Of a DNA stretch of 32,000 nt, positions 8,183 to 17,252 are shown piece after piece. Position 1 is the first letter of the stretch; each line of letters begins with the position of its first letter. Source of the DNA: Cuniculiplasma divulgatum (GTDB lineage Archaea > Thermoplasmatota > Thermoplasmata > Thermoplasmatales > Thermoplasmataceae); NCBI RefSeq assembly GCF_900083515.1, contig NZ_LT671858.1, forward strand, positions 900,001 through 932,000. Reading direction: 5' to 3'. The translations under genes and the position numbers were made by a program. The notes beneath the pieces were generated by a model. It did not search any database, had not been told where the DNA came from, and was given only the letters and a program-made list of their open reading frames with translations.

Positions 8183-9688
8183 TTACTCTGACTGCCCTGC
8201 AGATTCTACAAAGCCGGTTTCCCCTTTTGCAACATGCTTTAACCCCTCCGCTACTTCTGTTCCAACAGAACGTTTACCGAGTATTTCCCTGGCAAATATA
8301 ACCAGAAATGCTGATACAATGAAAGATACACCACCAATTAGGAACGCATAGAAATACGCTGTATTTGTTGGAAAAGAGAAACTTACAGTACTGCTGACAG
8401 CAGATGTCACCACAAATGCAGAAAGTACTGCTCCTGCTATTGGTGCCCCTACACTGCTTCCAAGGTACCTGAATGTACTGTTCATTGATGTTGCAAGTCC
8501 CATATTTTTTGCTTCAACAGAAAGAACTAGAAGATTTATCAGTGAAGCATTCATTACGGACATTCCTGAACCAATGATAAATTCATCTATCAGTGTCATG
8601 TCATAACCAGGTGCCATTGCAAGAAGGAAGAATCCGAGTCCTGAAACAATTGAGCCTATAATGGCAAGTGGCTTTATCCCAAATCTTGAGATCACCTTTC
8701 CGGTTACTACTGAAAATACGATCATGCCCAGGGCAAAAGATACCATAGATAGTCCTGTATCAAGAATAGAAAGCCCGAACCCATATGGTGCCGGTGTTTC
8801 AAATTTATATGAAAGTGCCTGCATTGAAAGATACATCCCAAGACCGGCTATTGTAAGTGTGACGTTGGTAACCAGTACATTCCTATTTGACAGGAGTTTA
8901 AGATCAAATATTGCCTCGCCACCTTTTCTGTGATATCTGGCTTCATACAGGAACATAGGAACGAAAAGGAATACACCAAGAATGGACATTCCAAGTGTTA
9001 GAGGAGATGTCCAGCCCCATTGAGAACCCTCAGAAAGAGCAAGTACTATAAGTGTCAACGGGGTTGCAAGGGCTATGGCCCCTATGTAATCTACCTTAAC
9101 CTCTGGTCTTCTATATCTTGACTCCTTTACCTTGACGATTGTAAGTATGGCCAGGATCACAATAAATGGTATAGCAGAATGGTAAGTCCATCTCCATCCG
9201 TAGGTATCAGAGATAAGGGAACCAAGTGGAAGGCTGATTGCAAATCCTGCTCCAAACATACCGCTTATCAGTGCCTGAGCTTTTGGCACCATATCTCTTG
9301 GAAACTCCTCCCTAATGAGTGCCATACCCAGAGGCATAATCGTAAGTCCTACACCCTGTACCGCCCTGGAAATAACCATAAATGTGAAATTGGGGGAAAA
9401 ACCCGTTACCGAAACTGCTGCTGCGTATATGAGCATTACCATACCCATCATCTTCTTTTTTCCATATATATCCCCAAGCTTTCCAACGATTGGACTAAGT
9501 GCAACTCCAGTTATCAGATATGTGGACAGAACAAGACTTACCTGACCTACGGTTACGCCAAATCCCTCTGCAATTGATGGTAATGATGGTGTTAGCATTC
9601 CCTCAACATACATTACCGCAACTATAATCATTGCGAGAAGAATCATAACAAAGTTAGCATATTTTTTATCATAAATTTCATTTTCCAC
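8183..9688 (-). CDS. MFS transporter, DHA2 (14-TMS drug:H+ antiporter) type
   Basis: About 14 hydrophobic segments in 501 aa. MFS motif A-like GKLGDIYGKKKMM. Forms an operon with the upstream MarR gene (3-nt spacing). Confidence 0.9.
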   Translation of the reverse strand: MENEIYDKKYANFVMILLAMIIVAVMYVEGMLTPSLPSIAEGFGVTVGQVSLVLSTYLITGVALSPIVGKLGDIYGKKKMMGMVMLIYAAAVSVTGFSPNFTFMVISRAVQGVGLTIMPLGMALIREEFPRDMVPKAQALISGMFGAGFAISLPLGSLISDTYGWRWTYHSAIPFIVILAILTIVKVKESRYRRPEVKVDYIGAIALATPLTLIVLALSEGSQWGWTSPLTLGMSILGVFLFVPMFLYEARYHRKGGEAIFDLKLLSNRNVLVTNVTLTIAGLGMYLSMQALSYKFETPAPYGFGLSILDTGLSMVSFALGMIVFSVVTGKVISRFGIKPLAIIGSIVSGLGFFLLAMAPGYDMTLIDEFIIGSGMSVMNASLINLLVLSVEAKNMGLATSMNSTFRYLGSSVGAPIAGAVLSAFVVTSAVSSTVSFSFPTNTAYFYAFLIGGVSFIVSAFLVIFAREILGKRSVGTEVAEGLKHVAKGETGFVESAGQSE

Positions 9689-9690
9689 TA

Positions 9691-10125
9691 TTAATCACTT
9701 CTCTCTCTAATTTCATGAACATTTTTGGCCAGCATATTTACAAATTGCAGGAAACCTTCTATTGTTTGCTGATCCATCTCTCCCATAGCCTTAAGAGCCA
9801 TTGACTTTACATTGTATAGCTTTTCAAGCATGAGTTTACCTTTTACTGATAGGTCTATATATATTGCTCTCCTGTCATCCATTCCATACTGCCTGATAAC
9901 CAGGCCTTTACTTTCAAGATTATCAATTATGTGCGATATGGATGGTTTTGTGACACCCAGTCTAAGTGCCAGATCAGAAGATTTCATTCTTCCGCCCTTT
10001 GAAAGAGTTGAAAGAACGAAGAATCCCGTAAAGGAAAGATTCTCTTTCTTCATGATTTCTTCCCTGTAAAGCATCAGTTCATAGGTCAATCCCTCTAATG
10101 CATTTTCAATGCTTTCAATGTTCAC
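9691..10125 (-). CDS. MarR-family transcriptional regulator
   Basis: Winged HTH core SSDLALRLGVTKPSISHIIDNLESKGLVIRQYGMDDRRAIYIDLSVKG is typical of MarR. 144 aa. Confidence 0.9.
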   Translation of the reverse strand: MNIESIENALEGLTYELMLYREEIMKKENLSFTGFFVLSTLSKGGRMKSSDLALRLGVTKPSISHIIDNLESKGLVIRQYGMDDRRAIYIDLSVKGKLMLEKLYNVKSMALKAMGEMDQQTIEGFLQFVNMLAKNVHEIRERSD

Positions 10126-10150
10126 AATAGGTAATTATAGATCAGTATTT

Positions 10151-10170
10151 AATAGTTAACAATAGTTAAT
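10151..10170. promoter_or_regulatory. Tandem 10-mer AATAGTTAAC/AATAGTTAAT in the marR / O-methyltransferase divergent intergenic region (candidate operator)
   Basis: Two adjacent 10-mers are identical at 9 of 10 positions and lie 26-45 nt upstream of the marR start. The first contains the GTTAAC palindrome. Confidence 0.25.
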
Positions 10171-10295
10171 CATTTTTTACTATATTAAATACAAAGTCTA
10201 ATTATCAAACAAATTAAGTTTAAAGAATAAATGATTAATTGACGTTTATCTTATTTGGTAAGAAAACTTAAATATAGCACTTTGAATGTTTATTT

Positions 10296-10961
10296 ATGAA
10301 CAATGAAAAGAAATGGGAAAATGTGGAGGAATTTATTAATAAGAAGGTTGTAAAACCATCATTATTTCTCTCCGACACATTAGAAGTTAGCCAGAGAGAA
10401 GGTTTACCATCAATAAATGTCCAGGCACCTGAAGGAAAACTTATGTCAATTCTTGTCAGATCGATTAACGCTAAACGGGCACTGGAAATTGGGGTTCTTG
10501 GTGGATATAGCGGATTGTGGATTCTTTCAGGAATGAAAAATGGAAAGCTCGTTGGTCTTGAAAAGAGTGAAAAACACGCCACGATAGCGACCGAAAATTT
10601 CATAAGAGCTGGATATGGGGAGGACGTTAACATAATAGTAGGTGAGGCCTTAACTTCACTCAACAATATGATCAAAGAACACGTTCAGGCATTCGATTTT
10701 ATACTAATAGATGCAGACAAGAAACCCTATCTTCATTATTTTGAGAGAGCAATGGAGCTTTCACATCCTGGAACGATTATCTACATTGATAATATGGTTT
10801 GGAACGGAGAAATAATAAATTCTGAGAACGAAAGTGACGATAATGCTGGTATAAAAAGACTCTATGATCATCTTGAAATAGAGGAGAGGGTCGAAGCTAC
10901 GGTAATCCAAACAGTGGGATCAAAAGGTTACGATGGATTTGCTGTTTTGAGAGTCCTGTGA
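10296..10961 (+). CDS. Class I SAM-dependent O-methyltransferase (caffeoyl-CoA O-methyltransferase-like, family 3)
   Basis: SAM motif I ALEIGVLGGYSGLWI and metal/catechol-type motif FILIDADKKPY. Length 221 aa. Confidence 0.9.
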   Translation: MNNEKKWENVEEFINKKVVKPSLFLSDTLEVSQREGLPSINVQAPEGKLMSILVRSINAKRALEIGVLGGYSGLWILSGMKNGKLVGLEKSEKHATIATENFIRAGYGEDVNIIVGEALTSLNNMIKEHVQAFDFILIDADKKPYLHYFERAMELSHPGTIIYIDNMVWNGEIINSENESDDNAGIKRLYDHLEIEERVEATVIQTVGSKGYDGFAVLRVL

Positions 10962-11237
10962 CAAAATAATTTTTGAAAATTTTCAATATTTTCACCTATT
11001 TATTAAATAAGTTTCATTTTACTTCAATTTTCATGGAAGCCATCGTTTCATTTCAATCCTTGTAAATTATATTAATGCAGCCAGAAATGAAACACCCGCT
11101 CCAAGGAATATTATAACTATAAGTATGGTTACCACCTGTTTCGCATTTGGCATTTTCATATGGTATTATTACATCCAACACTTAAAGGATTGCTTTCGTT
11201 TTTTATGTTTTTTCTAAATAGGTTTAAAAATTTTCAA

Positions 11238-11504
11238 TTATATCATTCGTTTGGCAGCTGCTTTTTTAACTAAATTATACGTATGGTCCATTGCTTCCTC
11301 GCTCATATTTCCAATAGTACCGATTAATATTCTTTCTTCGCCCACATCTGCATAGATCTGACCTGAATCAGAATGAAAATGCAATATCCCCAGACCTTTA
11401 TAGTAGAAATGATTTTGAGTACGCTCTTTAATGCCTTCTATTGACCTTACTTTATCCAGTAATTCTTCGAGTTCCTTAAGTTCATCTTGTTTTGCATGCC
11501 TCAT
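11238..11504 (-). CDS. Hypothetical protein (88 aa)
   Basis: Clean ORF with balanced charged composition. No motif I can name. Confidence 0.55.
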   Translation of the reverse strand: MRHAKQDELKELEELLDKVRSIEGIKERTQNHFYYKGLGILHFHSDSGQIYADVGEERILIGTIGNMSEEAMDHTYNLVKKAAAKRMI

Positions 11505-11698
11505 ATTAAAGACTTATATGAAATAGCCAGTATGATTTAAACCTATTGTACTGGTAAATTTCAACCATATTAAATTGAAAATCTACAATACTTTTGTACT
11601 AAATAATTCTTTAATAAATTTCTTATAACAAGCTTCAATTCCTAAGTATGGTAGAACAGAAGTGGATTGCACTATAGAACACCACACTGGGACAACTG

Positions 11699-13363
11699 GT
11701 GGCAACAATTAATACCAGTATAATCATTGTTGCATTACCTCCCATATTTCGTGGAATTCATTTAAATCCTTTATTACCGGACTCCTTCCCATATCTTCTA
11801 TGGGTAATTATGAGCTATATGATTGTAGTATCAGTTCTTCTTCTTACAATAGGGAAACTTTCAGATATATTTGGAAGGGTAAGATTATTCAATTTAGGGT
11901 TTCTGATATTCACCTTAGGTTCAATTCTCCTATATCTGACTCCTAATACGGGTGATATAGGTGCTCTGGAACTCATTTTATTTAGAATAATTCAGGCAGT
12001 AGGTGGTTCTTTCATAATGGCTAACAGTTTTGCCCTAATAACCGATAATTTTAAGGAATCAGAAAGGGGTTTCGCAATATCAATAAATAGCCTGGCTTCG
12101 GTTTCAGGGGTAAGCATAGGAATTGTTGTTGGAGGTGTCCTTTCCGTAATATACTGGAGGGACATATTCCTCTTGAGCGTTCCTCTGGGTATATTTGGTA
12201 CAGCATGGTCTTATCTTAAGCTTAAAGAAACCTCACCCAGAAAGAAACAAAAAATAGATGTGATGGGAAATGTTTTAATGGCTGCTGGGTTGATCTCTTT
12301 GCTTATTGGTGTAACTTACGGAATAACTCCATATAAGCAATCCCCAATGGGTTGGACAAATCCCATGGTAATTCTGGCACTCATAATTGGCACCCTTCTG
12401 ATTGTATTCTTTATTCTTTGGGAAGGAAGGATAGAAAGTCCTATGTTAAACATACATCTGTTCAGGAATAGAACTTTAGCCATTGGATCATTTACTGCCT
12501 TCATATCAGCGATGGGAATGATGGGTCTATTATACATGCTCACACTTCTATTTCAGGGAGTCTGGCTACCACTTCACGGATATAGCTTTTCTATAACTCC
12601 TTTGTGGGCAGGCATTTACATGCTTCCCTTAACTGTAAGTATGGGTATATTTGGAATTATTGCTGGTCGACTGGCAGATCGCTCTGGTGCTAAGTGGCTT
12701 GTCATTTTTGGATTGCTACTGAGCGGGGTATCTCTTTTCATTTTATCATTTCTTTCCTATAACTTTCTGTATTACAAAATGATGATTCTTCTCATTTTAT
12801 TTGGTTTAGGCTATGCTTTCTTCAATTCTCCAAATATTGCGTCAGTTATGTCCACAGTACCACCTCAGGAACGTGGTTCCGCCTCTGGTACCTTAAATAA
12901 TATGAGAAATACAGGATATGTTGCAAGTATGGGCATATTTTTCAGTATTCTTATTGCGGGCATTTCAACCACCCTTCCCTCTGCAATTACTTCCGCGATA
13001 AATAGTGCGGGAGCATCATCACTTGATAAAACGGTTAGCAACATGCCACCTACAGTCGCCATATTCGGTTCATTTCTTGGAATTAATCCAATTCCGTCTT
13101 TCATTCCGAATGGCATAAATCTTCCCGCATCTACTATTTCCATAATTGAAGGAAACACATGGTTTTCAGAGGTTTTTTCAGGACCATTTATGTCTTCGCT
13201 GGATGTAGTATTATTCTTTGCATCCGGAATTACTATTATTGCTGCACTGATCTCTATCTTGAGAAAAGACAGAAGGTATGAAGATTCTCTAGAAACTATT
13301 GCAAGGACCAAAAAAGAAAGCGAGAACAACAGTAATAAACTGGATAACCATGGTAAACTATGA
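11699..13363 (+). CDS. MFS transporter (DHA2-like), N-terminus disrupted by an in-frame TAG; the remaining ORF starts at a GTG
   Basis: The 554-aa ORF has about 14 TMS and the motif GKLSDIFGRVRLF. In the same frame upstream, ATG 11648 reads MVEQKWIAL, then TAG (11675-11677), then NTTLGQLV. This supplies the usual start of TM1. A TATA-like TCTTATAA sits about 20-27 nt upstream of ATG 11648. Confidence 0.85.
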   Translation: MATINTSIIIVALPPIFRGIHLNPLLPDSFPYLLWVIMSYMIVVSVLLLTIGKLSDIFGRVRLFNLGFLIFTLGSILLYLTPNTGDIGALELILFRIIQAVGGSFIMANSFALITDNFKESERGFAISINSLASVSGVSIGIVVGGVLSVIYWRDIFLLSVPLGIFGTAWSYLKLKETSPRKKQKIDVMGNVLMAAGLISLLIGVTYGITPYKQSPMGWTNPMVILALIIGTLLIVFFILWEGRIESPMLNIHLFRNRTLAIGSFTAFISAMGMMGLLYMLTLLFQGVWLPLHGYSFSITPLWAGIYMLPLTVSMGIFGIIAGRLADRSGAKWLVIFGLLLSGVSLFILSFLSYNFLYYKMMILLILFGLGYAFFNSPNIASVMSTVPPQERGSASGTLNNMRNTGYVASMGIFFSILIAGISTTLPSAITSAINSAGASSLDKTVSNMPPTVAIFGSFLGINPIPSFIPNGINLPASTISIIEGNTWFSEVFSGPFMSSLDVVLFFASGITIIAALISILRKDRRYEDSLETIARTKKESENNSNKLDNHGKL

Positions 13364-13875
13364 GATCATTCATTGGTTCACCCATAGAAAATAGTGAGGA
13401 CTTTAGCAAACTTTTGGAATCTCTAAGTTTCCATAGAGAAATTAATCCCGTACCAGTGAATAATCTTCACCTTACCTACCTTTTTCTCTCAGATATTAAC
13501 GATTCTAAGAAAAATATTGCCATAAAAAGACTTCAGCAATTAAAATTCAGGGCTCTGACATGCAAGGTAAACTCCCTCAAAACGCTCCCTGAAAGATCTA
13601 CACCAAGGGTAATAGTTGTGGTTTTAGATTGTCCTGAATTAAGTGATATAAGCAATGCATTAAAAGAAACCTTCTCAGTAAATATTAACCGTACACAAAG
13701 TTTCTTACCTCACATTACCGTAGGAAGGTACAGAAAGCACAGTAATCCAATTTCACTGGAATCGGTAAAACTTGATATTTCTGCAGTAAAGCTCAGGCAG
13801 ATCTGCCTTTATAAAAGTACGCTTACGGAAAGTGGTTCTATTTATGAGAAACTATACTGCAAAGAACCTGTCTAG
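13360..13875 (+). CDS. thpR: 2H-phosphoesterase family protein (RNA 2',3'-cyclic phosphodiesterase / LigT-ThpR type)
   Basis: Two H-x-T motifs at the expected spacing (NNLHLTYLFL and LPHITVGRY). 171 aa. Its ATG overlaps the MFS stop (ATGA). Confidence 0.8.
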   Translation: MRSFIGSPIENSEDFSKLLESLSFHREINPVPVNNLHLTYLFLSDINDSKKNIAIKRLQQLKFRALTCKVNSLKTLPERSTPRVIVVVLDCPELSDISNALKETFSVNINRTQSFLPHITVGRYRKHSNPISLESVKLDISAVKLRQICLYKSTLTESGSIYEKLYCKEPV

Positions 13876-13917
13876 TTAGTATTATCGCTAATACTTTCAA
13901 TCTAATTAATTCATTTT

Positions 13918-14244
13918 TCATTTTAGTCTTTCTACGTCAATACCCTCTTCTTTGAGCATCTTTCTCTTTTGTTCCCTTCCACCTTCTCCTGAATAGTTCC
14001 CAATTTTTCCATCCTTTCTAACGACTCTGTGACATGGAATAAGCGGTGCAAAAGGATTCTTTCTTACTGCACTTCCCACTGCCCTGCTTGCATTCCTGTG
14101 TCCGATTGTCTCTGCGATTTGTGAATATGTTCTCGTTTCTCCCATGGGAATTCGGTAAACTTCCAAAAGTACATTAATCTCAAAATTACTGAATCCTAAA
14201 GCCTTCAGCTTACTTTCCATTTCTGCTTCGTTAAGAACGTTCAT
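13918..14244 (-). CDS. ogt: Methylated-DNA-protein-cysteine methyltransferase, single (C-terminal/active-site) domain
   Basis: Active-site motif IPCHRVV and the helix-turn-helix region YSQIAETIGHRNASRAVGSAVRKNP. Only 108 aa, so the usual N-terminal domain is absent. Confidence 0.8.
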   Translation of the reverse strand: MNVLNEAEMESKLKALGFSNFEINVLLEVYRIPMGETRTYSQIAETIGHRNASRAVGSAVRKNPFAPLIPCHRVVRKDGKIGNYSGEGGREQKRKMLKEEGIDVERLK

Positions 14245-14363
14245 AAGTGAAAGTAGGTCAGGTATTAAAAATTTATCCGGTGACTTTATTGAGGAGGTTT
14301 ATACTTTGTATAAATCAAATGACCTGCAATAGTTTTTTATAGTAACTGTGATATGCAAAATAG

Positions 14364-15101
14364 TTGAAAAAAAGTGATGCTGCATGGATTATTTCCTTTA
14401 TTTACATAGCTTATCTATTTATAGGACAAATACCGTTCCTAAAAAATAACTCAATTTTCTCTTCCTTAACCGTTTCAATTTTATTAATTATTGTTTATTT
14501 CATTTCATCGTTTTCCATTATGGGGGAAAAAAATTCTGCGTATTTCTTTATAATAGCTGCTGTAGTAGGCTCCTTGCTTGAGCTGCTCAGTCTGAATACT
14601 GGTATACCATTCGGTAAATATGTTTATACTGGAGAGTTAGGTCCAAAAATCGGCCAATTGCCAATCTTCATTCCTTTACTCTGGGCATCATTAAGTTTTT
14701 ATTCATACCGTGCTGGAGGAAAATTCCTTATGCCCATATTTATGGTTGTTTTAGATCTTTCATTTGATCCGAGATATTCCGGTCATCTCTGGATCTGGAT
14801 TTCAAAAACACAATATTTCGGAGACCCATGGACTAATTTTCTTGGCTGGTTCATAACTTCTGTTATTATTATTGCCCTTTATTCACTCATCTCCGGGGGC
14901 AAGGATATTCCAGACGTAAGAGCAGTAATATTTTTTATCCTATTTGGAATCGATAACTGCATTTCTGATATATACGATAAATTGTTCATTCCAGCTTATG
15001 TATCTCTATTAATATTTCTGATTCTGGGAGTTTCTCTGCTGTTCATAAGCTTCAGAAATATGCGCTCGGTGAAACTGAAGACTAAAACAATTTCATCATA
15101 A
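14364..15101 (+). CDS. Integral membrane protein, DUF422 / carotenoid-biosynthesis-protein (CruF-like) family
   Basis: About 7 TMS. NTGIPFGKYVYTGELGPKIGQLPIFIPLLW and DPRYSGHLWIW resemble the PF04240 signature. TTG start. Confidence 0.55.
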   Translation: MKKSDAAWIISFIYIAYLFIGQIPFLKNNSIFSSLTVSILLIIVYFISSFSIMGEKNSAYFFIIAAVVGSLLELLSLNTGIPFGKYVYTGELGPKIGQLPIFIPLLWASLSFYSYRAGGKFLMPIFMVVLDLSFDPRYSGHLWIWISKTQYFGDPWTNFLGWFITSVIIIALYSLISGGKDIPDVRAVIFFILFGIDNCISDIYDKLFIPAYVSLLIFLILGVSLLFISFRNMRSVKLKTKTISS

Positions 15102-15157
15102 AATGGTTAAAAATTTGTTCACTCCAGTAGAGCCTTTACCTTTTATAAAAGGGGAGG

Positions 15158-16228
15158 TTAGTTTAAAGTAATACCTTCCGAAAGGATTTCCTGGTAGGTG
15201 TTAATAAATTCAGCTGCGATCTTTTCCGAAACCAATCCCATATTGCCCACTCTTAAAATTTTTCCATTAAGTTCACCCATTCCATTTGCTACCTCAATAT
15301 TTCGTTTTAACAGTTCAGCTCTTAATTTTGTTGCTGGAATAGAGGGCTCAAAGGCTATTACAGTGTCTGAATAATTTAACTCGTTTCCGTATATTTTTGA
15401 ACCTGATTCCTTGAGTTTTCCTCTTAAAAAAGATGCAATTTTAGCATGCCTTTGATTTCTTGCATCTATGGTCTCACTTTCCAGTTCATTCAATGCATTA
15501 TGTAATGCATTAAATGCACCGGTAGAAGGTGTAAATGCGGTTTCACCCTTATTAAGAAAATCAATTCCTATTTTAGCATCCAAATATTTTGGAATGTCAT
15601 TTGATTGAATTAAAGATTCATTTGCCTCTTTGCCTATAAAAACAATTCCAATACCTGGAACAGAGGCAATTCCTTTCTGACTACAGGAAGCCATTACATC
15701 TATACCCCATTCATTGATCTTCACCGGTAAACCTGCAAAACTTGAAACCCCATCGACTAAAACTTGCAATCCATTTTCCTTACTTTCTCTGACAACATTC
15801 TTAAGGTTCTTTATAGCAGTCCCATTTCCTGTTTCGTTATGAATTATGAAAATTGAACCTATTTCTCGATGAGATGAAACATAATCTGTTATTTCTCCGA
15901 CCTCTAAATGCTCACTAATAGATTTATTAATTCTATGAACCTTAAGTCCCCTCCTCTGGGAACTTTCAATCAGTCTATTTCCGAATTCTCCAAAGGTAAC
16001 TGCCAGTACATTATCCTTTGGCTTTGTAAATGAATAAATCATTGATTCAACTGCAAGTGTTCCTGACCCAGTGATCATTAGTGAATGTGTAGAATCTGAA
16101 AATTTATTAAGCAATTTTTCTGAATTTCTCACAATGTTCTTAAAGGACTCAGATCTGTGGTTGGTTACAAGCCTGGATGCTTCCATTGTCTTTTCTGACA
16201 CCTCTACAGGTCCTGGTATTAACATCAT
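15158..16228 (-). CDS. Class V pyridoxal-phosphate aminotransferase (phosphoserine / serine-pyruvate aminotransferase type)
   Basis: N-terminus LIPGPVEVSEKTMEA and PLP-lysine region SCSQKGIASVPGIG. 4-nt overlap with the upstream dehydrogenase gene. Confidence 0.85.
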   Translation of the reverse strand: MMLIPGPVEVSEKTMEASRLVTNHRSESFKNIVRNSEKLLNKFSDSTHSLMITGSGTLAVESMIYSFTKPKDNVLAVTFGEFGNRLIESSQRRGLKVHRINKSISEHLEVGEITDYVSSHREIGSIFIIHNETGNGTAIKNLKNVVRESKENGLQVLVDGVSSFAGLPVKINEWGIDVMASCSQKGIASVPGIGIVFIGKEANESLIQSNDIPKYLDAKIGIDFLNKGETAFTPSTGAFNALHNALNELESETIDARNQRHAKIASFLRGKLKESGSKIYGNELNYSDTVIAFEPSIPATKLRAELLKRNIEVANGMGELNGKILRVGNMGLVSEKIAAEFINTYQEILSEGITLN

Positions 16229-17223
16229 ATTCCCATCTCACTAATTTTGGCAAAAAGGTTATTCAATGTATATTCGGCCACACGTTTCTGTGCCTCAACT
16301 GTTTGTGCTCCTATGTGTGGTGTCACAATTACATTTGGTTTTGATATTAGAGTCTTTTCCCATTCTTCTGTAGGAGGTTCGTTCCAAAGCACATCTGTAG
16401 CATATCCCTTAATTCGACCACTCTCAAGATAATTTAGCAATACTCTTCCATCAATCACTTCAGATCTGCTTGTATTAATCAGGAAAGATCCACTCTTTAC
16501 CATTTTCATCTGTTCTTCGCCTATTATATTGGACGAGGAGTCGCTGAGAGTGACGAGGATGAAAATAAAATCTGAGTTTGAAAGAAGTTCGTTCATTGAA
16601 ACAAAGTGACCTCCCACTTCCTTAATGGCTTCTTGGTTTTCAAAAATATCGTAGGCTAAAATTTCCATACCAATAGATTTTAGTATTTTTGCAGTGCTCA
16701 GTCCTATCCTTCCAAAGCCTATTATGCCTGAAGTCTTTCCACTGAGTTCAAAGCCTGTATCCTTTATCCAAATTCCATTTTTAGAATTTATATCCAGAGG
16801 GATAAGATTTCTCGCAAGACTCACAGCCAAGGCAACATTTAATTCAGCCACAGAATGAGTAGAGGAACCTGCTGCAGTTATTACCTGAATGTTTCTGGAT
16901 TTAGCATACTTCGTATCTATGTTATCAACACCGATTCCAGCTCTGGCTATAATTTTAAGGTTTACAGCTTTCTCAAGAATATCCTGAGTTAATTTTGTTC
17001 TACTCCTTAAAATGACAATATCATATTTCTCAATTGAGTCCTTTAATTTCATTGAGGTAATTTCAGGTTCGTAATTAACATCAAATTCTCTTTTATTAAG
17101 TTCATCGAGCATCAAACTGTCCACCTTATCGCATATAAGAACTTTTTTTTTCTTGGTTATTCCTTTCATTGCTGAGGAATTGATGCTATGGTATATATGC
17201 TCTATGTGACCAAAAGAGTTCAT
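16225..17223 (-). CDS. serA: D-isomer-specific 2-hydroxyacid dehydrogenase, D-3-phosphoglycerate dehydrogenase type
   Basis: NAD fold GIIGFGRIGLSTAKIL and catalytic region VTPHIGAQT. The true start is probably Met19 (17169, MKGITKKKKVLICD). Operon partner of the aminotransferase. Confidence 0.85.
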   Translation of the reverse strand: MNSFGHIEHIYHSINSSAMKGITKKKKVLICDKVDSLMLDELNKREFDVNYEPEITSMKLKDSIEKYDIVILRSRTKLTQDILEKAVNLKIIARAGIGVDNIDTKYAKSRNIQVITAAGSSTHSVAELNVALAVSLARNLIPLDINSKNGIWIKDTGFELSGKTSGIIGFGRIGLSTAKILKSIGMEILAYDIFENQEAIKEVGGHFVSMNELLSNSDFIFILVTLSDSSSNIIGEEQMKMVKSGSFLINTSRSEVIDGRVLLNYLESGRIKGYATDVLWNEPPTEEWEKTLISKPNVIVTPHIGAQTVEAQKRVAEYTLNNLFAKISEMGI

Positions 17224-17252
17224 TATGACGAAAAATACCCTCTTTTTAAAAT

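Noticed and set aside
11067-11159. 30-codon minus-strand ORF MKMPNAKQVVTILIVIIFLGAGVSFLAALI (single TM helix) in the 10962-11237 spacer.
   Set aside because: It is plausible as a small membrane peptide. However, it is too short to distinguish from chance in AT-rich DNA without conservation or expression data.
10971-11240. Direct repeat AAAATTTTCAAT at about 10976 and about 11226 bracketing a 250-bp non-coding segment (possible miniature insertion).
   Set aside because: A 12-nt A/T-only match is expected by chance in spacers of this composition. No terminal inverted repeats or target-site duplication pattern are present.
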